From NCBI GenBank assembly GCA_028700115.1, contig JAQVTI010000004.1, positions 25,585 through 57,584 on the forward strand: a stretch of DNA of 32,000 nucleotides, read 5' to 3'. The first letter of the stretch is position 1; the number at the start of each line of letters is the position of its first letter. Both the position numbers and the translations under genes were made by a program. Source of the DNA: Candidatus Iainarchaeum sp. (GTDB taxonomy: Archaea > Iainarchaeota > Iainarchaeia > Iainarchaeales > CSSED10-239). The notes beneath the pieces were generated by a model. That model saw only the letters and a program-made list of their open reading frames with translations, was not told the DNA's origin and did not search any database. This document shows positions 19,268 through 27,646 of the stretch, in pieces.

Positions 19268-19451
19268 ATTTTATTCATCTCATATTAGTTTTAATTAAGA
19301 TTTATTATAGATAATTTCATTTATATACTTTTCTATATATATAATATTTATATTAAGCTAATTTTATAGCTATTTTTCTATAATTAAATATATTTAAAAT
19401 GTATATTTATTTATGATTAAATATTTTTAAGATAATATAAAGGTGAAATTT

Positions 19452-20150
19452 ATGGGACTTAGACCAGGACATTGTTACTGTAAGAAAGTAAAAAAAAGAG
19501 CATATACAAGATTTGCTAAAAAAGTTCATAAGAAAAACTTTGTTGGTGGTGTACCAGGACTTAAAATCAGACAATTCCATATGGGATTTGGAGATAGAGA
19601 GTATACACATGTTGTTCATTATGTAACTAAAGAAAAAATACAAATTAGAGATAATGCGCTAGAAGCTGTTAGAATTACAATTGTTAGACAATTAAACAAA
19701 AAGTTAACTCAACAAAATTATTATATGAAATTAAGAGTTACTCCTCAATTTTTCTTAAGAGAAAATAAACAGGCACAAGGAGCTCATGCGGACAGAATTC
19801 AACAAGGGATGAGTCAATGTCCTTTTGGTAAGGTTATTGGGAGATCTTCAAGAGTTAGACCTAATCAAAAGATTTTTAGTATTCTTTGTGATGAAGAATA
19901 TTTACAGATTGTAAAAGATCTTTTATCAAAAGTTGGATCTAAATTTCCTTGTAGTATGAGAATTGTTGCTGAAAAAAATACAGAAAATATAAAATCTGTT
20001 GGAACTACAAAGAAAAGAAGAAAATTACTTGCAATTGCAGAACAAGAAGCAAAAGAAGCAGATGAAAAAAAGCAAAAAGCAAAAGATGCTAAAAAAAATG
20101 TTAAAGGTGCAGTTAATACAAAAGATACAAAATCTGCTGCTAAAAAATAA
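19452..20150 (+). CDS. rpl10e: Ribosomal protein L10e (uL16) with Lys/Ala-rich C-terminal tail; ATG 19452 preferred over track GTG 19443
   Basis: MGLRPGHCYC...GVPGLKIRQFHMG...QLNKKLTQQNYYMKLRVTPQFFLRENKQAQGAHADRIQQGMSQCPFGKVIGRSSRVRPNQKIFSI. AGGTGA motif 5 nt upstream of ATG 19452. Confidence 0.93.
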   Translation: MGLRPGHCYCKKVKKRAYTRFAKKVHKKNFVGGVPGLKIRQFHMGFGDREYTHVVHYVTKEKIQIRDNALEAVRITIVRQLNKKLTQQNYYMKLRVTPQFFLRENKQAQGAHADRIQQGMSQCPFGKVIGRSSRVRPNQKIFSILCDEEYLQIVKDLLSKVGSKFPCSMRIVAEKNTENIKSVGTTKKRRKLLAIAEQEAKEADEKKQKAKDAKKNVKGAVNTKDTKSAAKK

Positions 20151-20220
20151 TTTTTTAAAAAGAAGATTTTTTTCTTCTTTATTTTTTTATTTTTAAAAAT
20201 TTTATTAAAAAGATGTTTTT

Positions 20221-21414
20221 ATGTATTTATTTTTACTTGGAAGAGATCCTTTTCTTTCAAAATTAGAAATTGCTATTTATTTAAATAAGCAAAATATTTC
20301 TTATTCTTTTATTTTACAAACTGAAAAATATTTAATCTTAGATTTTAATAAAGATTTAGATTTTAAAAAAATTATATATGATTTAGGAGGAATAACTAGA
20401 ATTGTAAAAATTTTAAAAAAATATAATTCTTCTAAAGATTTTGATAATAAATTTATTGATTTTATAGAATATATAGATAATAAATTTAATTTTTCTTTTT
20501 CATCAATAGATGCTTCTAAAGATTTAATGAATGAAATGGAATTTTTTTTAAAAGATTTTTTTAAAAAAGAAAAAATAAAAGCAGTATATAAAAAACCAAG
20601 AAAACATAGTGAAAAAGAAAAAAATTATATTGTAAATCCAGATAATTTTTATTCATGGAAATTAGATAAAAAAGGATTTGAATTATTTTTAATTGATTAT
20701 AAGAATATAATTTATGTTGGGCAAACTATAGCTTGTTTTAATTCTAATGATTTAAAATTTAAAGATAAAAATAGACCTTTAAAAAAAGAACTTTATGCAA
20801 CATCTTTTAGGCTTGTAAGAATTATGATTAATCTTTTAGGTTTAAAAGAAAATCAAACTTTTTATGATCCTTTTTGTGGTACAGGTACTTTTTTAATAGA
20901 AGGTCTTTTTTTAAAATATAATGTTATTGGTTCTGATAAAAGTTCTGAAATGTGTCAAATTTCTAAAGATAATTGTAATTGGATTATTAAAAATTTTAAT
21001 CTTTATAATAAAAATACCTTTAAAATAATTAATAGATCTTCAGATCAAATAAATTTTAAAGCAGATGGAGTTTGTTTTGAACCTTATATGGGTCCTTTTT
21101 TGAATAATTTGCCTAATGATTTTAGAGCAAAAAAAATTATATCTAATCTAAATGAACTTTATTTTAAAATTTTTGAGAATTTATCTAAAAATTTAAAAAA
21201 AGGATCAAAAGTTGTGTGTGTTTTACCTCAATTAAAAACTTTTGAAAAAACCACATATGATATAAATAAGAATGTTTATTTAGAAAATGGTTTTAAATTT
21301 TTGGATGTTTCTAAAATTGATGATAATATGCATTTAGAAAATCCTATATTTTATTCTACTCCAAAAAACAAATCTAAAATTAATAGATATATTTGTATTT
21401 TTGAAAAAATTTAA
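20221..21414 (+). CDS. Trm11/Trm-G10-like RNA methyltransferase
   Basis: N-terminal THUMP-like region (GGITRIVKILKKY), FYDPFCGTGTFLIEGLFLKYNVIGSDKSSEM, FEPYMGPFL, LKKGSKVVCVLPQ. Confidence 0.72.
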   Translation: MYLFLLGRDPFLSKLEIAIYLNKQNISYSFILQTEKYLILDFNKDLDFKKIIYDLGGITRIVKILKKYNSSKDFDNKFIDFIEYIDNKFNFSFSSIDASKDLMNEMEFFLKDFFKKEKIKAVYKKPRKHSEKEKNYIVNPDNFYSWKLDKKGFELFLIDYKNIIYVGQTIACFNSNDLKFKDKNRPLKKELYATSFRLVRIMINLLGLKENQTFYDPFCGTGTFLIEGLFLKYNVIGSDKSSEMCQISKDNCNWIIKNFNLYNKNTFKIINRSSDQINFKADGVCFEPYMGPFLNNLPNDFRAKKIISNLNELYFKIFENLSKNLKKGSKVVCVLPQLKTFEKTTYDINKNVYLENGFKFLDVSKIDDNMHLENPIFYSTPKNKSKINRYICIFEKI

Positions 21415-21449
21415 AATTTATAAAAATATTAAAAATGGTGGGGGGATTT

Positions 21450-21917
21450 ATGGAACAAACATTAATTATTTTTAAACCAGATTCATTAAATAGAGGTCTT
21501 GTAGGGGAAATTTTACATAGATTTGAAAGAAAAGGATTAAAACTTGTTGCTATGAAAATGATTTATTTAGATGATGATATTTTAGGTAGTCATTATTTTC
21601 ATTTAAAAGATAAAGCATTTTTTCCTGTATTAAAAAGATTTATGTCTTCAGCACCATCATTAGTAGCAGTTTTAGAAGGGGTTAATGCTGTAGAAGTTGT
21701 TAGATTTTTAGTAGGGTCTACTAAAGGGTATGAAGCTGATGCAGGAACAATTAGAGGAGATTATTCTATTTCTAGTCAATGTAATGTAGTTCATGCCTCT
21801 GACTCTAAAGTAAATGCAAATATTGAAATTTATAGATTTTTTAAAGAAGATGAAATTTTTTCATATGATAAAATTGATTTAGATTTTATTTATTCAGAAG
21901 ATGAAATTGAAAAATAA
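21450..21917 (+). CDS. ndk: Nucleoside diphosphate kinase (ATG 21450 preferred over track start 21435)
   Basis: EQTLIIFKPDSLNRGLVGEILHRFERKGLKLVAMKM, GSTKGYEADAGTIRGDYSI, NVVHASDS (active-site His). GGTGG immediately upstream of ATG. Confidence 0.95.
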   Translation: MEQTLIIFKPDSLNRGLVGEILHRFERKGLKLVAMKMIYLDDDILGSHYFHLKDKAFFPVLKRFMSSAPSLVAVLEGVNAVEVVRFLVGSTKGYEADAGTIRGDYSISSQCNVVHASDSKVNANIEIYRFFKEDEIFSYDKIDLDFIYSEDEIEK

Positions 21918-21933
21918 TTTGATATTTTTTATA

Positions 21934-22055
21934 ATTTTATTATTTTTATAGATAAACAATAGTTTTATAAATCAAATTAATATTATATTTATATATTTTA
22001 TTATTTTTATAGATAAACAATAGTTTTATAAATCAAATTAATATTATATTTATAT
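21934..22055 (+). repeat. Two essentially identical 61-bp tandem copies in the ndk-22108 intergenic region
   Basis: ATTTTATTATTTTTATAGATAAACAATAGTTTTATAAATCAAATTAATATTATATTTATAT occurs twice back-to-back (GATAAACAA at 21951 and 22012). Confidence 0.92.
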
Positions 22056-22107
22056 ATTTTATATAATATTATAATATATTTAAAATATTAAAAAATGAGG
22101 TGGATAA

Positions 22108-22530
22108 ATGATTCCTTTATTAGCAATGAGTAATATGAATTTTGCTCCAATTTTAGGGATATTTGCAGCAATGGCATTTTTGGGAGTAATTCTTGGAATT
22201 GCAATGTATGTTTATATGGCTCTTGTTTGGCAAACTATTGCAAAAAAATTAAAATATAACAAACCATGGTTAGCATGGATACCTATAGCTAATTTCTTTT
22301 TATTACCAATTTTAGCTAAAAAAGAATGGGGATATGGGTTTTTATTTTTTATTCCAATAGTAAATATAGTATTTTTTATTATTTGGACATGGAAAATATA
22401 TGAAAGAAGAAACTTTCCTGGTTGGCTTTCATTAATACCTTTATTAAGTATTATTCCTTTAATTAATTTTTTGGTAATGCCTGCAGAATTAGTTGTTTTA
22501 GGAATTGTTGCTTGGTCAAAAAAGAAATAA
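22108..22530 (+). CDS. Small polytopic membrane protein (DUF5684-like)
   Basis: LVWQTIAKKLKYNKPWLAWIPIANFFLLPILAKKEWGYGFLFFIPIVNIVFFIIWTWKIYERRNFPGWLSLIPL. GAGGTGG ribosome-binding site. Confidence 0.6.
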   Translation: MIPLLAMSNMNFAPILGIFAAMAFLGVILGIAMYVYMALVWQTIAKKLKYNKPWLAWIPIANFFLLPILAKKEWGYGFLFFIPIVNIVFFIIWTWKIYERRNFPGWLSLIPLLSIIPLINFLVMPAELVVLGIVAWSKKK

Positions 22531-22666
22531 GATTTTAAATAATTTTTTTTCTTTTCTTTTTTTTTATTTTTTTTATAATATTATAAATAAAAGAGTTTTT
22601 AAATATTATAATTATAAATATATAATATATTTAAAAAATTAGATATTTTAAAATAAGTTGATTTTT

Positions 22667-23275
22667 ATGAGAATTATTTCTAATATTAAAAAAAAATTTG
22701 ATCCATTAAAAAAAATACAATTAGAAGAAAGAACAAAAACTTCTGTTGAAAAAAGAATGATTTTAAAAAGATTTTATTCTAAACAAAAATATGGTTCTTT
22801 TAGAAAGATGAATAAAATTGATAAACTTAATCTTTTGTGTGATTTTTATTTCCAAGGTGTTAATTTATATAAAAAAGATAAAAGAATACAAAGTTATAAA
22901 CAAGCTTTAGAAAATTATTCTAAACAATTATTTTTAGAATATTTTAATAAAAAAAAATATCTTTCTGCAATAGAAATTTCTAAAAAATATTCTTTAAAAC
23001 CAGAGATATTTGATACTATTTTTATACAACATTTGCAATCTATGTTTTTAGAAAAAAAAGTAGATATTTTAAAAAATGATTTAAATTCAAAAAAAAAAGC
23101 TTTGAAAAAATATAATTTAATTAATAAAAATATTAAATCTTTTGAATTTATAAAAGAATATATAAATTATAATAAATTTGATAGTAATAAAATAAATAAT
23201 TATTTAAAAAATATATTAAATTATTTTAATAAAAATAAAGATATTTTACAGAGAGTTGCTTATGGAAGAAGTTAA
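22667..23275 (+). CDS. Hypothetical protein, basic and helical (ATG 22667 preferred)
   Basis: Open reading frame of ~200 aa in frame with ATG 22667, no family recognised. Confidence 0.55.
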   Translation: MRIISNIKKKFDPLKKIQLEERTKTSVEKRMILKRFYSKQKYGSFRKMNKIDKLNLLCDFYFQGVNLYKKDKRIQSYKQALENYSKQLFLEYFNKKKYLSAIEISKKYSLKPEIFDTIFIQHLQSMFLEKKVDILKNDLNSKKKALKKYNLINKNIKSFEFIKEYINYNKFDSNKINNYLKNILNYFNKNKDILQRVAYGRS

Positions 23276-24032
23276 AAAATTTTATGATATTTATAATTAT
23301 CCTAATTTAAAATTATATACTTATAGACAAAAAAGAAATCATAAAAAATTAATTTTAAAAATATTATCATATATTAATTTTTCACCAAAGGATCTTAAAA
23401 ATAAAGATGTTTTAGATTTTGGATGTGGTACTGGAGATAAATCTATTTTCTTTGCAGAATATTTTGCAAATGTTACATCTATTGATTTTTCTAAAGGTCA
23501 GCTTTCTGTTTTAAATAAAAAAATTAAAGAAAACAATATCAAAAATATAACTGTTTATCAAAAAGATTTAATTAAAGATGATTTATGTTTTTTAAAAAAA
23601 TATGATATTATATTTTGTATTGGAGTATTACATCATACTGAAAATCCATATTTAGGTTTTGAAAAATTAACCAAATTATTAAAACCAAATGGTATTATTT
23701 TAATTGCTTTATATCATAGATATTCTAGAATTAGATTTAGAATTATCAGATTTTTTTTAAAAAATTTAATTTCAAAAGATTTTAATAAATTATATAAATG
23801 GTTTTTTTCTTCTAAAAAAACTTTTTTTTTAAGAAAAAATGTTTCTAAAAATACTTTATATGATAGATATATTGTTCCATATGAATCCTATCATTCTTTA
23901 AAAGAAGTAAAAAAATGGTTTTTTAAAAACAATATTTTTTTTTTAAAATGTTCTGAAAATGTGAAAGGTTTTGAGTTTTTTAAGATTTTTGAAAAAAAAA
24001 CTCTTTTTTTTGTATCTGGTATTAAAAAATAA
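23262..24032 (+). CDS. Class I SAM-dependent methyltransferase
   Basis: LKNKDVLDFGCGTGDKSIFFAEYFANVTSIDFSKGQLSVLNKK...YDIIFCIGVLHHTENPYLGFEKLTKLLKPNGIILIALYH. Confidence 0.88.
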   Translation: MEEVKKFYDIYNYPNLKLYTYRQKRNHKKLILKILSYINFSPKDLKNKDVLDFGCGTGDKSIFFAEYFANVTSIDFSKGQLSVLNKKIKENNIKNITVYQKDLIKDDLCFLKKYDIIFCIGVLHHTENPYLGFEKLTKLLKPNGIILIALYHRYSRIRFRIIRFFLKNLISKDFNKLYKWFFSSKKTFFLRKNVSKNTLYDRYIVPYESYHSLKEVKKWFFKNNIFFLKCSENVKGFEFFKIFEKKTLFFVSGIKK

Positions 24033-24188
24033 TATTTTTCTTGGTCATTTACTGTGTTTAAAAATATATATATATTTAAATAAATATATTATTAATGTGA
24101 AGTTAAATTTTTAAAAAGACGATAATTTGGCTTCAATTCCCTTCTTGGGATTATTATATAATTTCTTAAAAAAAGTTAAAAAAATATA

Positions 24189-24229
24189 ACCTAAGCTATA
24201 ATCATAGGCTTAGGTTTTTTTTGTGTTTC
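24189..24229. terminator. Strong inverted repeat flanked by T-tracts on both sides, overlapping the end of the 24191-24682 gene
   Basis: AACCTAAGC-TAT-AATC-ATA-G-GCTTAGGTT followed by TTTTTTT on +; reverse complement also followed by ATATTTTTTTAAC. Confidence 0.5.
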
Positions 24230-24682
24230 ATCTAAAATTTTTTGTTTAATTGCACTAATATTTTCTTTATGGTCTTTTGAGTTTATTCCAAAATTAATGT
24301 TGTTTATTATTTTTAATTTAATTATAACTTCTTTATCTGCATGAGCTTTTAATAATACCCCACTAATTATATGGATTGGATCTTTTTCTATTGAAATATT
24401 TACATCTCCATAATAATCATCATTTACTTTATTAAATTCTCCAGAAACTTGTTTAATTCTAAGGCTTTCAGAATATATTCTTTGTCTTAAATTTCCTGCT
24501 CTGGATATTGCTATCCTTGTATCTTTTATATTTCCTTCTGCAGAAATTAAAATTGCTTTTTTAATTTGGTTTTCTTTAAAAGCAGTTTCTATACTTTTGA
24601 TAACTTCATCTCCATCATCTAAAATAATTGTTAAATAATTATCATTTTTTTCTTTAACATCTTGCATTTTACTTTTTATCAT
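24191..24682 (-). CDS. PCC/DUF296-like protein
   Basis: YLTIILDDGDEVIKSIETAFKENQIKKAILISAEGNIKDTRIAI...EFNKVNDDYYGDVNISIEKDPIHIISGVLLKAHADKEVIIKLKI resembles the DUF296 fold pattern. The usual HxH is absent. Confidence 0.45.
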   Translation of the reverse strand: MIKSKMQDVKEKNDNYLTIILDDGDEVIKSIETAFKENQIKKAILISAEGNIKDTRIAISRAGNLRQRIYSESLRIKQVSGEFNKVNDDYYGDVNISIEKDPIHIISGVLLKAHADKEVIIKLKIINNINFGINSKDHKENISAIKQKILDETQKKPKPMIIA

Positions 24683-24745
24683 ATAAATACCTTTTTATAT
24701 ATTTTTTAATATATAGATATATTATAGAATAGAAACATATTTAAA

Positions 24746-25663
24746 CTATTTTAGAATATGTTTTAGATTCTTTTTTTCAATATTTCTTTTAATTATTTCT
24801 TCTATTATATTTGTTATAGAAATTATTTTTATTTTTTTAGTTTTTTCATAATAGTTTGATATTGAATAAATTTCTTTAATTACAGAATTATTAATTAAGC
24901 TAATTGCTTTTTTATCAAAAATTCCATGAGTTACAATTGCATATATATCTTTTGCGCCTTTAAATGTTAAAAATTTAGAATAATTTATAATATTTTTTCC
25001 AGAATATATACTATCTGATATTATTAAAATATCTTTATTATTTACATTTCCTTTAATTTGAAAATTAATATTTCCATTTATTTCTTCTTTTATAGGAAAT
25101 ATAGTTTCTGTTTTTAATTTATTTGCAATTTCTGTTGATATTTCTTGCATTTCATAATCAATTGTTGATATTATTAAATTTTTATTTTCTTTAAAATTAT
25201 CATTTAATATTTTGGAAAATATATTTGTTATTGGAATATTGTATAATGGTATTTTAAAATAAAAAGATATTTTTGGGGAATAAAGTCCAAAAGTATATAT
25301 TTTATCAATATTTATATTTTCTAAAAGTCTTGAAAATAAATTAAAATTTAATTTATATTCTGTTTTATATTTTATTTTTGTATAAGGCATATATGAAGTT
25401 ATAAGATATATTTTTTCAGCACCCTCTTTTCTTAAAGCATCACATACAAACATTAATTCCATTATATATTCATTTACTGGGGGGATAATATTATATATTA
25501 AAAAAACTTTTTTATAATTTAAATAACTTTTAATATCAACACTTGTCTCATGTCCTTGTACATAACTTATATTCATTTCACCTATAGGAATATCTAATTT
25601 TTGAGAAATTGTATTTGCAATTGATCTTTCTTTATTTCCTGATATTATAATATATTCATCCAT
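24746..25663 (-). CDS. Ribose-phosphate pyrophosphokinase-like protein, probably catalytically degenerate
   Basis: IISGNKERSIANTISQKLDIPIG, PPVNEYIMELMFVCDALRKEGAEKIYLITSYMPYTKIKYKTE, ILIISDSIYSGKNIINYSKFLTFKGAKDIYAIVTHGIFDKKA align with PRS landmarks, with key residues changed. Confidence 0.7.
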   Translation of the reverse strand: MDEYIIISGNKERSIANTISQKLDIPIGEMNISYVQGHETSVDIKSYLNYKKVFLIYNIIPPVNEYIMELMFVCDALRKEGAEKIYLITSYMPYTKIKYKTEYKLNFNLFSRLLENINIDKIYTFGLYSPKISFYFKIPLYNIPITNIFSKILNDNFKENKNLIISTIDYEMQEISTEIANKLKTETIFPIKEEINGNINFQIKGNVNNKDILIISDSIYSGKNIINYSKFLTFKGAKDIYAIVTHGIFDKKAISLINNSVIKEIYSISNYYEKTKKIKIISITNIIEEIIKRNIEKKNLKHILK

Positions 25664-25799
25664 ATTTTTTCATAAGCTTTTTTCAAATAAATTATTTTTA
25701 TAAAAAACTAATATATTAAAGATAATAATATTTATATATGTTAGAGATTATCTAAATTGGCATATATTTTTAAATATTTATACATTAAATATATTTAGA

Positions 25800-27548
25800 A
25801 TGTATCTAAAATTAAAAAAAAAAGATATAAATGAAATTCCAAAACAAATTTTTACTAATTGTCCATATGGTTTTTCAAAAAAAGATATAAAAAAAGTTTT
25901 TGCATGTAAAAACTGTAAAGATGCACCTTGTCTTCATGCTTGTAAAAAAGGAGCAATTTATTTTTCTTCAAAAGGAATAATTTCAATCGATCCTGATAAA
26001 TGTGATGGTTGTGGGGAATGTGTAAAAGCATGTAAAGAAAATGCAATTATTTTAAAAAATAATAAAGCTTATAAATGTGATTTGTGTTCACAAATTTCAT
26101 TTGCAATGTATTGTTATAAAAATTATCCTGAATTTTTAGAACTTGTAGATAATCAATCTATAGATGATTCTTTAGAAATAATTAATAAAAATTTAGGATT
26201 TAAGATTATTGAACATAAAGATATTTTAAGGAATTTATCTAAAAATGTATATGAAAAAAAAGATTCTTCAAAAATTTATTTATTTAAACAAAATATATTA
26301 AGTGTAGATGAAATTGAAATAATTAATTCTGTTTTAGATAATTACAAAGAAAATAATAAAGATTTAAAAGATATTAGTGCAATTAAAATTAAAGAAGATT
26401 TAGAAAAAGAATTAATTGATTTTTGTTTTATAAATTCTTTAGAATTAGATTCTGATCAATTTAATTATATTCTTGAAACTATTTTTAATATTTTATATAA
26501 ATATGGACCTTTATCAGAAGCATTAGATGATTATGATCTTGAAGAAATTGTAATTTTAGATATTAATAAAGAAATATATGTTTATCATAAATATTATGGT
26601 TGGTTAATTAGTAATTTAGTTTATCTTTCAAAAGATCTTTTAAGAGAACTTATTAATAAATTATCTTGGTCTTCAAATAAATTTATAACTTTAAAAAATC
26701 CAATATTAAATACATACTTAGAAGATAATTCAAGAATGAATGCTGTAATTTCTCCTATTACAAATAATGTTAGTATAACTATAAGAAAATTTTCTGAAAA
26801 ACCATTTACTTTAAAAGATTTAATTTCTACAAAAACTATTTCTTTAGAAGCACTTGCTTTTTTAAGATTATGTTTTTTAACAGATTCAAATATTCTTGTT
26901 GTTGGGAATACAGGTTCTGGAAAAACAACTACATTAAATACACTTTTAAATTTTATTCCTTCTACAGAAAGATTTATTGTTGTTGAAGATGTTAGAGAGA
27001 TTAATTTTAAGGCTACTCATGTTGTAAATCTTTTGGTAAATGAAGATTTGTCAGTTACTCTTTCTGATTTAGTAATTAATACCTTAAGAATGAGACCAGA
27101 TAGAGTAATAATTGGAGAAATTAGATCTAAGACAGAAGTTATTTCTTTTATGGAATCAATACTTTGTGGTCAAGCAAAAGGAACATATTCTACATTTCAT
27201 TCAAATTCGTCATTAGAAAGTATTAGGCGAATAATGTCTTATGGTATTTTAGAATCTGATCTTTTATCTTTAGATATAATTATTAATCAAAAAAGATTTA
27301 ATAAATATACACAAGAAGGATATAAAGATATTAGGAAAATAATAGAAATTTGTGAAGTTGTTGATAAAAATGGAAAAATTTTTTTAAATATTTTATATAA
27401 ATATAATATTTTTAAAGATGTTTTAGAAAAAATAAATAATCCTATAAAATTAATGAATAAATTTAAATTTTCATTTGGGATTAAAAATATTAAAGAATAT
27501 GATAAATTATTTAAAGATAGTTGTAAGTTTATAGAAAATGAACTATAA
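25800..27548 (+). CDS. Fusion: N-terminal poly-[4Fe-4S] ferredoxin-like domain + TadA/VirB11/ArlI-type secretion ATPase
   Basis: CKNCKDAPCLHACKKGAI...IDPDKCDGCGECVKACKENAIILKNNKAYKCDLC; ATPase: NILVVGNTGSGKTTTLNTLL, FIVVEDVREINF, RPDRVIIGEIRSKTE, GTYSTFHSNSSLESIRRI. Confidence 0.93.
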   Translation: MYLKLKKKDINEIPKQIFTNCPYGFSKKDIKKVFACKNCKDAPCLHACKKGAIYFSSKGIISIDPDKCDGCGECVKACKENAIILKNNKAYKCDLCSQISFAMYCYKNYPEFLELVDNQSIDDSLEIINKNLGFKIIEHKDILRNLSKNVYEKKDSSKIYLFKQNILSVDEIEIINSVLDNYKENNKDLKDISAIKIKEDLEKELIDFCFINSLELDSDQFNYILETIFNILYKYGPLSEALDDYDLEEIVILDINKEIYVYHKYYGWLISNLVYLSKDLLRELINKLSWSSNKFITLKNPILNTYLEDNSRMNAVISPITNNVSITIRKFSEKPFTLKDLISTKTISLEALAFLRLCFLTDSNILVVGNTGSGKTTTLNTLLNFIPSTERFIVVEDVREINFKATHVVNLLVNEDLSVTLSDLVINTLRMRPDRVIIGEIRSKTEVISFMESILCGQAKGTYSTFHSNSSLESIRRIMSYGILESDLLSLDIIINQKRFNKYTQEGYKDIRKIIEICEVVDKNGKIFLNILYKYNIFKDVLEKINNPIKLMNKFKFSFGIKNIKEYDKLFKDSCKFIENEL

Positions 27549-27646
27549 ATATATTTAAAAGCTTTTTAGATTATGATTTGATATATATTTAAAATTTTTA
27601 TAATAATATTATTTAGAAAATATATTATAATTTATATGGTAATTAT

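Noticed and set aside
19407-19643. 78-aa minus ORF
   Set aside because: Antisense to the N-terminus of ribosomal protein L10e.
19999-20196. 65-aa + ORF rich in Lys/Gln/Leu
   Set aside because: Alternative frame of the L10e Lys/Ala-rich tail.
25855-26046. 63-aa minus ORF
   Set aside because: Antisense to the ferredoxin-like domain of the ATPase fusion.
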